64,000 nt of DNA from Macrostomum lignano (lineage: Eukaryota), in contig NIVC01002737.1 in assembly GCA_002269645.1 (NCBI GenBank), positions 62,001 to 126,000 of the forward strand, given 5' to 3'. Both the position numbers and the translations under genes were made by a program. This document shows positions 57,520 to 64,000 of the stretch, in pieces; position 1 is the stretch's first letter, and each line of letters starts with the position of its first letter. The notes below the pieces were generated by a model. The model worked only from the letters and a program-made list of their open reading frames with translations. It had not been told where the DNA came from and did not search any database.

Positions 57520-58679
57520 GGCGAGCCCTCAGGTTGGAGAACAGTCTGGTTCGCAGCCTTGCTACTGGACTCGCCAATGCAAGGGCTGGCAGGAGTCAAG
57601 GTGGGAACGCTGTACATGTACTGTTGCTATGCGAACAGACAAAATTATATACTATTTTATATATTTAGTACAATAAGCAAACAAACTTAATATGCTTATA
57701 GTTTCCACCTTGATTGAGTTATAAATATAATTGTGGTTTATTTCTCTCTGAACTATTCAATTGATAATACCAAGTTGTTGCAGTGCTAATAGTTTTTATC
57801 TTACTATTAAGCCACCAAAGCTGTAACAAATGTGTTCATTCTGCCTTCTAAAATAATCCTCCAATTATCACCAAGCTAAAATACAAATAGGGTCTCTCTC
57901 AATTTATACATTTACTTCTAAAAATAAACTATAAAATGTATCTTAATACATTTCTAGTAGTTCTAATATATTCTAGTATGAGCCATCTTATTAGTACATA
58001 TACAATTTATAATCTTGCTTGGGCATTATTGAAATTATTATCTCATGGCATTATTCTTAATAATTATATTTCTTTGTATGGACTTTGTATGAACTCTCTC
58101 TCTCTTTCTATGTGTGTGTGTAAATCTCTTCAAATTATTCTAGAATTCTCTTACTCAAAATAAACTATACTATAGGCCTAACTATAAATAACTTGTTTCA
58201 ACCCCAAGGTTAACTAGGCCCTAGGCAAGTTTGCAATTTGAACTAGCAAATGACTGAAGAGTTTAAAACCCAAGGGCCTACTTAAGGTTTTATCAAAGTT
58301 AATTTAATTAATCAAAATATGCTCTTGTTTATAGCCATTTCCCTAATTTATTTATAACAAAAAATAATTCATTGATATATTTGGCATATAAAAACAAAAA
58401 CTATAGTCTAGTGTCTGTCTTGCACAATTTCAAGAATTCAACTTGATTAAAATGAAATACTATAATTGATTACCATTGCATCATAACATTAGGACTTTTA
58501 TATTCAAACAAAAATAAGTCAATAAATAAAGTGTAAGCCTAAGTTGGCCATACACCAAGATGGCCACAATATTGAATCTCTATTATATCTATTCTCTTTC
58601 TACTATTAATTAGCAATATAACAGCTATTGTTATATTAATTAATTGTTTAATCAATCATATTAATAAATACTAATGCAA

Positions 58680-59045
58680 TTTTATTTATTAGAGGCAGGG
58701 GGTTGTGTGCACCTTAGTGCACTTTAGGCAACATAGGCACACAACCAGTGAGAGGCATTACTGCCCATTCCACTGACTCCCCTGAGCAGGCATACAAGCG
58801 CGCAGATATGTACACAGGCACACACTCAGACAGGAGTGTACAGCGACCCTAACTTTATCAATTGTTAGGCATGTACACTTCACTGTGCCTTGGGGGGGGG
58901 GGGGTTGGCTTCCAAGGCCGTTAATTGCACGAGCAGAGCCAAGCCGAGATTCCAATTCAGCCCCAAATTAATGTGACTGCACTTGGAATCGAGCCTGGGT
59001 TGCTGGCACACCAGAGCAGCTGTGCTACCGCTGGGCTACGGCCCC
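58680..59045 (-). mobile_element. tRNA-derived SINE (tRNA-His-like head)
   Basis: The minus strand reads GCCGTAGCCCAGCGG (A box)...CAGCAACCCAGGCTCGATTCC (B box), followed by a body and an AATAAATAAA tail. Confidence 0.6.
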
Positions 59046-59429
59046 CCCCCCTATACTGATGCAATAATTAGAAATTAACTAGCAATCTTTGCCCCCCGTT
59101 GGGGGACATCTGGATAGAATCTCTGTTCTCTACAAGTAACAAAAAGACAGCCAAATAAAGCCTTCACAAAGACAACAGAAGAACTGCTCAAATAAAGTGT
59201 AATGCAAAAAGAAATCATCCCCCAGATAGCAAGTATCCCCCAGATAGAAAGCATCCCCCAGATAGCAAGCATCCCCCAAAAAGCAAGCATCCCCCAGATA
59301 GCAAGCATCCCCCAAATAGTAAGCATCCACCAGACAATAAGTAGCTAGTGCAACAATTTCCTAAGCTCTATAGTGGCTCCTTTAAAATTGGCATGACGCT
59401 TACTTTTATGTTTGAAATTGTGTATCTTT

Positions 59430-61205
59430 TATGTTTGACATGGCGGCTCTTTAATGTTTGACATGGTGGCTCTTTAATGTTCGACATGGTGGCTCCTTTA
59501 TGTTTGACATGGTGGCTCTTTAATGTTCAACATGGTGGTTCTTTTACGTTTGACATGGTGGCTCTTTAATGTTCGACATGGTGGCTCTTTAATGTTTGAC
59601 ATGGTGGCTCTTTAATGTTCGATGTGGTGGCTCCTTTATGTTTGACAAGGTGGCTCTTTAATGTTCGACATGGTGGCTCCTTTATTTTTGACATGGTGGC
59701 TCTTTATTGTTTGACATGGTGGCTCTTTAGTGTTCGACATGGTGGCTCTTTAATGTTCGACATGGTGGCTCTTTATTGTTCGAAATTGTGGCTCTTTAAT
59801 GTTCTACATGGTGGCTCTTTAATGCTCTACATTGTGGCTCTTTAATGTTCTACATTGTGGCTCTTTAATGTTCTACATTGTGGCTCTTTAATGTTCTACA
59901 TTGTGGCTCTTTAACGTTCGACAGGGTGGCTCTTAATGTTTGACATGGAGTCACATATGTGTTAGACATGGGGTCATGTATATATTTGGCATGGAGTCAC
60001 ATATATGCTTTACATGGTCTATATGCTTTACTCTTTAATGTTTGACATGTTGGCTCTTTAATGTGTGACATAGTGGCTCTTTAATGTTTGACATGGAGTC
60101 ATGTATATATTTGGCATGGAGTCACGTATATGTTTGACATGGTGGCTCTTTAATGTTTGACATAGTGGCTCTTTAATGTTTGACATAATGGCTCTGGTGG
60201 CTCTTTTATGTTTGACATGATGGCTCTTTAATGTTCGACATGGTGGCTGTTTAATGTTTGTTATGGAGTCATATGTATATGTTTTACATGTTGGCTCTTT
60301 AATGTGTGACATAGTGGCTCTTTTATGTGTGACATGGAGTCACGTATATATTTGACATAGAGTCACATATATGTTTGACATGTTGGCTCTTTAATGTGTG
60401 ACATAGTGGCTCTTTAATGTTTGACATGGAGTCATGTATATATTTGGCATGGAGTCACATATATGTTTGACATGTTGGCTCTTTAATGTGTGACATAGTG
60501 GCTCTTTTATGTGTGACATGGAGTCACGTATATATTTGACATGGAGTCACATATGTTTGACATGTTGGCTCTTTAATGTGTGACATAGTGGCTCTTTAAT
60601 GTTTGACATGGAGTCATGTATATATTTGGCATGGAGTCACATATATGTTTGACATGGTGGCTCTTTAATGTTTGACATAGTGGCTCTTTAATGTTTGACA
60701 TAGTGGCTCTTTAAGGTTTGACATAATGGCTCTTTAATGTTTGACATGATGGCTCTTTAATGTTCGACATGGTGGCTGTTTAATGTTTGTTATGGAGTCA
60801 TATGTATATGTTTTACATGGTAGCTCTTTTATGTGTGACATGGAGTCACGTATATATTTGACATGGAGTCACATATATATTTGACATGGTGGCTCTTTAG
60901 TGTTTGATATGGTGGCTCTTTAATGTTTGACATGGTGGCTCTTTAATGTTTGACATAGTGGCTCTTAATTTTTTACTTGGTGGCTCTTTAATGTTTGACA
61001 TGGAGTCACGTATGTGTTTGACATGGAGTCACGTATATGTTTGACATGGAGTCACATATATGTTTGACATGGTGGCTTTTTAATGTTTGACATGGTGGCT
61101 CTTTAATGTTTGACATGGTGGCTCTTTTATGCTTGACATGGTGGCTCTTTTATGTTCGACATGGTGGCTCTTTAATGTTCAACATGGTGGCTCTTCTATG
61201 TTTGA
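59430..61205. repeat. 23-bp minisatellite with composite higher-order units
   Basis: Unit CTCTTTAATGTTTGACATGGTGG, interspersed with ATGGAGTCACATATATG variants. Confidence 0.92.
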
Positions 61206-62703
61206 CATTGTGCTTCTTTTATGTGTAGCAGTTTTGTGTTTTTAATGTGTTTTAATAAAAAAATCTTTTGCACTACTAAGATTCGAACCCAGGTCACTAC
61301 ATTAGCATCCCAGTCTGTTTGCATCTGGGCTATCTCTTTTCATTTGGAGAACATGAATTGTGGCCCTTATAATTCAATTCTTACAGCAAGTCAATTGGAG
61401 TAGAAAGTTATGACATAAGAAATTTCTTAGTCAGCCAGTATCAGTCTCAATTCAAGTTAGCAATATGGTTACGCAATTTCAATCAAGTCTTGTGTGCGTT
61501 TCTGTGGCACTGTTTTCAACTTGTTGTGATGCAATCTTTATCACAATCGTAATTCAGCCAGTCAGTTTTTTCTCTAGCATTCTTACAATGCATTTTAAGT
61601 CAAAAATTTGGCTTGACCTTTGCAAAAAAGCATGTTTTTCGAATATTTAATCCCTTTAACATTGAGCAATTTCTTAGCCAAGATGCATGTACCGTCCCAG
61701 GAAAATTTCTGATCGAATGGTGCAAGTTTGAAGAAAATCAGTTGAGCCATTTTTTCTGAAATCTATCGCATAGCTAGTTAGTTACAGACATTTCATTTTT
61801 AGTATATAGGATTTGAAACAATATTTGAAACTAATTACCTATAATATAAAAACTGTATTTTTTTCTGTTTTTGCTATTGCTAATGTAGCAATAATGCTAG
61901 CAGTTTCAACCCATTTCAGCAAAATAATCAATAGTCAATAGTCAATAGTCAATAGTCAATAGGCAATAGTCAATAATGACAAAATATACTTTCACAATTT
62001 TGTCTAAAGCTGACTATTTGGCAAAAGATTTGTTCTAAGCTTTAGTGAAGGGTTTTGTTGTTTTAAAAGAAAGTTAAAAAGAAAAATGACAAACTTTATA
62101 AAGACAATTTTTATTGTGATATGTTTTTGTTCTGTTGCAGTTTATTTCAATTGTTTTATTAGTAGGTGCCTAGCGCCATTCTATTACAGCAGGATTTCAA
62201 AGCACAATTTTAGGAACTAGAAGTCTAGAACTAAAAAAACACATTGTCATCATCAGTCATCACTAATCTATCAATTGCATATTGATAGATTGCATATACA
62301 TAACATAGCTACTAGCAAAGTTCATGAGTTATTTAATTTTCTAATTGCAAATAATTTGAAAAACAATTTGCAAAAATGAATAATTTATTAAAAGCTTCAA
62401 TCACCAAAGTGATAAGCCTATATTTGCAATTATATACATAGCTGATCTTTTTACCAAACTGGTCACTTTCTTTTACCGAAATATAGGCCTATATCTATTT
62501 AAACTAAAAATTCACTTTTGCCAAAGTATCTTTCACCAAAATTTCTTTCATTGAAATGGGCTGCACCTATGCTAGCTATACAAAAAATGTGATAAATATA
62601 CAACAAAATATTTATTTTGTACTAGGTTACTTGCTTTATATAGGCCTATTTATCCAATAGGCCTATCTATAAGCCCCTAGGTCAGGCAGGCTAGGCCTAC
62701 AAT

Positions 62704-63502
62704 CAGTGGTGTGATTGGCAAAAGGCCATTTTTTTCGCGCCTCACAAAAAAATTCGCGCCATTGTTTACTAGTTTAAATAACATGCTAACTACATAAATG
62801 TACATGTAGAAAAACCCATATTTTTATGGTTTTTGCTTCTTTTTTCCAGCACTAAGGATCAATCCTTGCTGTGGCAGTACTTTACCACTTATAAAAGTTT
62901 GGCCTGCACAACTAAAAAGCGAGCAGCAAATGTCCTTGCACAAAAATGGGTGTCAAAACTTCATAGTATTTGATTTCTAAACTTTTTTGAAGGACACTCT
63001 GGGGTAGGCAATGGCTATTCCTAACTTCCTGCTCAACAGCCTTCCATTTCAGCACTTGCTTAGCAATTCTTTCAGCTTCCTTCAATTTCTTCTGCTGGAG
63101 CTTGCATTTCTCCTGTCAAAGCTGTTTCAACTCTTGATCCTTCTCCTTGTTACGAGTCAGCTCCAGCAGCAGTCGTTGGAGCTCTCTTCAGTCTGCTTCC
63201 ATTTTGACTGGATCTCATCTTCTTTCATTTTAATCTGCTGCTCTAGTCTAGATTAAAAATCTGTTCATTAGAGTCTAGATCCAATTTGCATGTATTGTAC
63301 ACCATAACATAAAGTATAAATTTGAATAAGCCTAAAGCGTGCGTGAATAGACTAAACGTGATCAGTTCATCAGTAAAAAATGAAAATTCAAAAATTGAAA
63401 AACTGCGCCTCTGCTTGACGAAAATCTGCGCCTGCCCTCAGAAATCGCGTATTCGCGCCTTTTTTGCACCTGGCGCGAATTCGCACCTCAATCACACCAC
63501 TG
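62704..63502. mobile_element. Non-autonomous hAT element
   Basis: Perfect 14-bp TIR CAGTGGTGTGATTG and perfect 8-bp TSD CCTACAAT (62696-62703, 63503-63510). Confidence 0.85.
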
Positions 63503-64000
63503 CCTACAATAAAAGCTACAGCCAAAGCCAAAGGGAATGATTATAATGTAATACAATTTATTTATTTATAGCATCTATCTCACTAATTACTACCAATAGG
63601 AAATGAATGAAATATATAGACCTGGGCTTATTATTTTCTATTTAGACATTTAGAGCTGTGGCTAGGCCTATCTAGGTATGTGGCTATCTTGGTCATGCAC
63701 CATAAATAATTGTGTCAATCACTTCCCATGAAAATGGGAATTTGGTTTCATGATGAAATAAACTTATAATGACCAAATCTTAGGCCTAATCATTTAAAAC
63801 CCATTTATACCCTCTCCCTCTGGCCTGCCTACATCAAAAAGGAAAGAAAAGTAGGCAGGCAGGCAAAGGATAACGATCCTTGTCTCTTTGAAAAATAGAC
63901 TAGAAAAGACGACTAGGAAAAATAGACTAGAAATTGAATGATTAATTTTAGGCCTACTTGCATACTTGGTAGGCCTATACTGCGGCTATAGCAAAAATTC

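Noticed and set aside
58972-59045. Functional tRNA gene
   Set aside because: The acceptor and anticodon stems pair poorly, and a body plus A-rich tail follow, which better fits a SINE.

Overview
Eukaryotic (animal) genomic DNA with GC-rich exons, GT-AG introns filled with private minisatellites and (GACA)n tracts, and AT-rich spacers containing MITEs and Helitron-like elements. This style suggests a flatworm such as Macrostomum (inference only). Genes reconstructed by hand: the HEATR1/UTP10 first coding exon (-), a complete 5-exon TRC8/RNF139-RNF145-family RING-H2 ligase (-), an orphan membrane protein with a Thr-rich stalk (+), a small secreted WSC-domain protein (-) and a complete 7-exon PTEN (-). 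The main find is a tandem pair of paralogous genes (A: 23879-32919; B: 34558-40455) whose C-terminal half resembles the C14orf93/RTFC-like domain. Each carries a cluster of short phase 1->0 cassette exons (6 in A; 7 in B, all exactly 77 nt) that can only be used one at a time, and each cassette encodes a different Lys/Arg-rich helix. In B, every cassette has an upstream selector (consensus GACGTTTCCnGAC) complementary to a single docking site (36430-36448) in the preceding intron. This is the Dscam-type competing RNA-structure mechanism, here in a putative nucleic-acid-binding protein. A has an unrelated candidate dock/selector set. All splicing models come from sequence alone; there is no transcript evidence.
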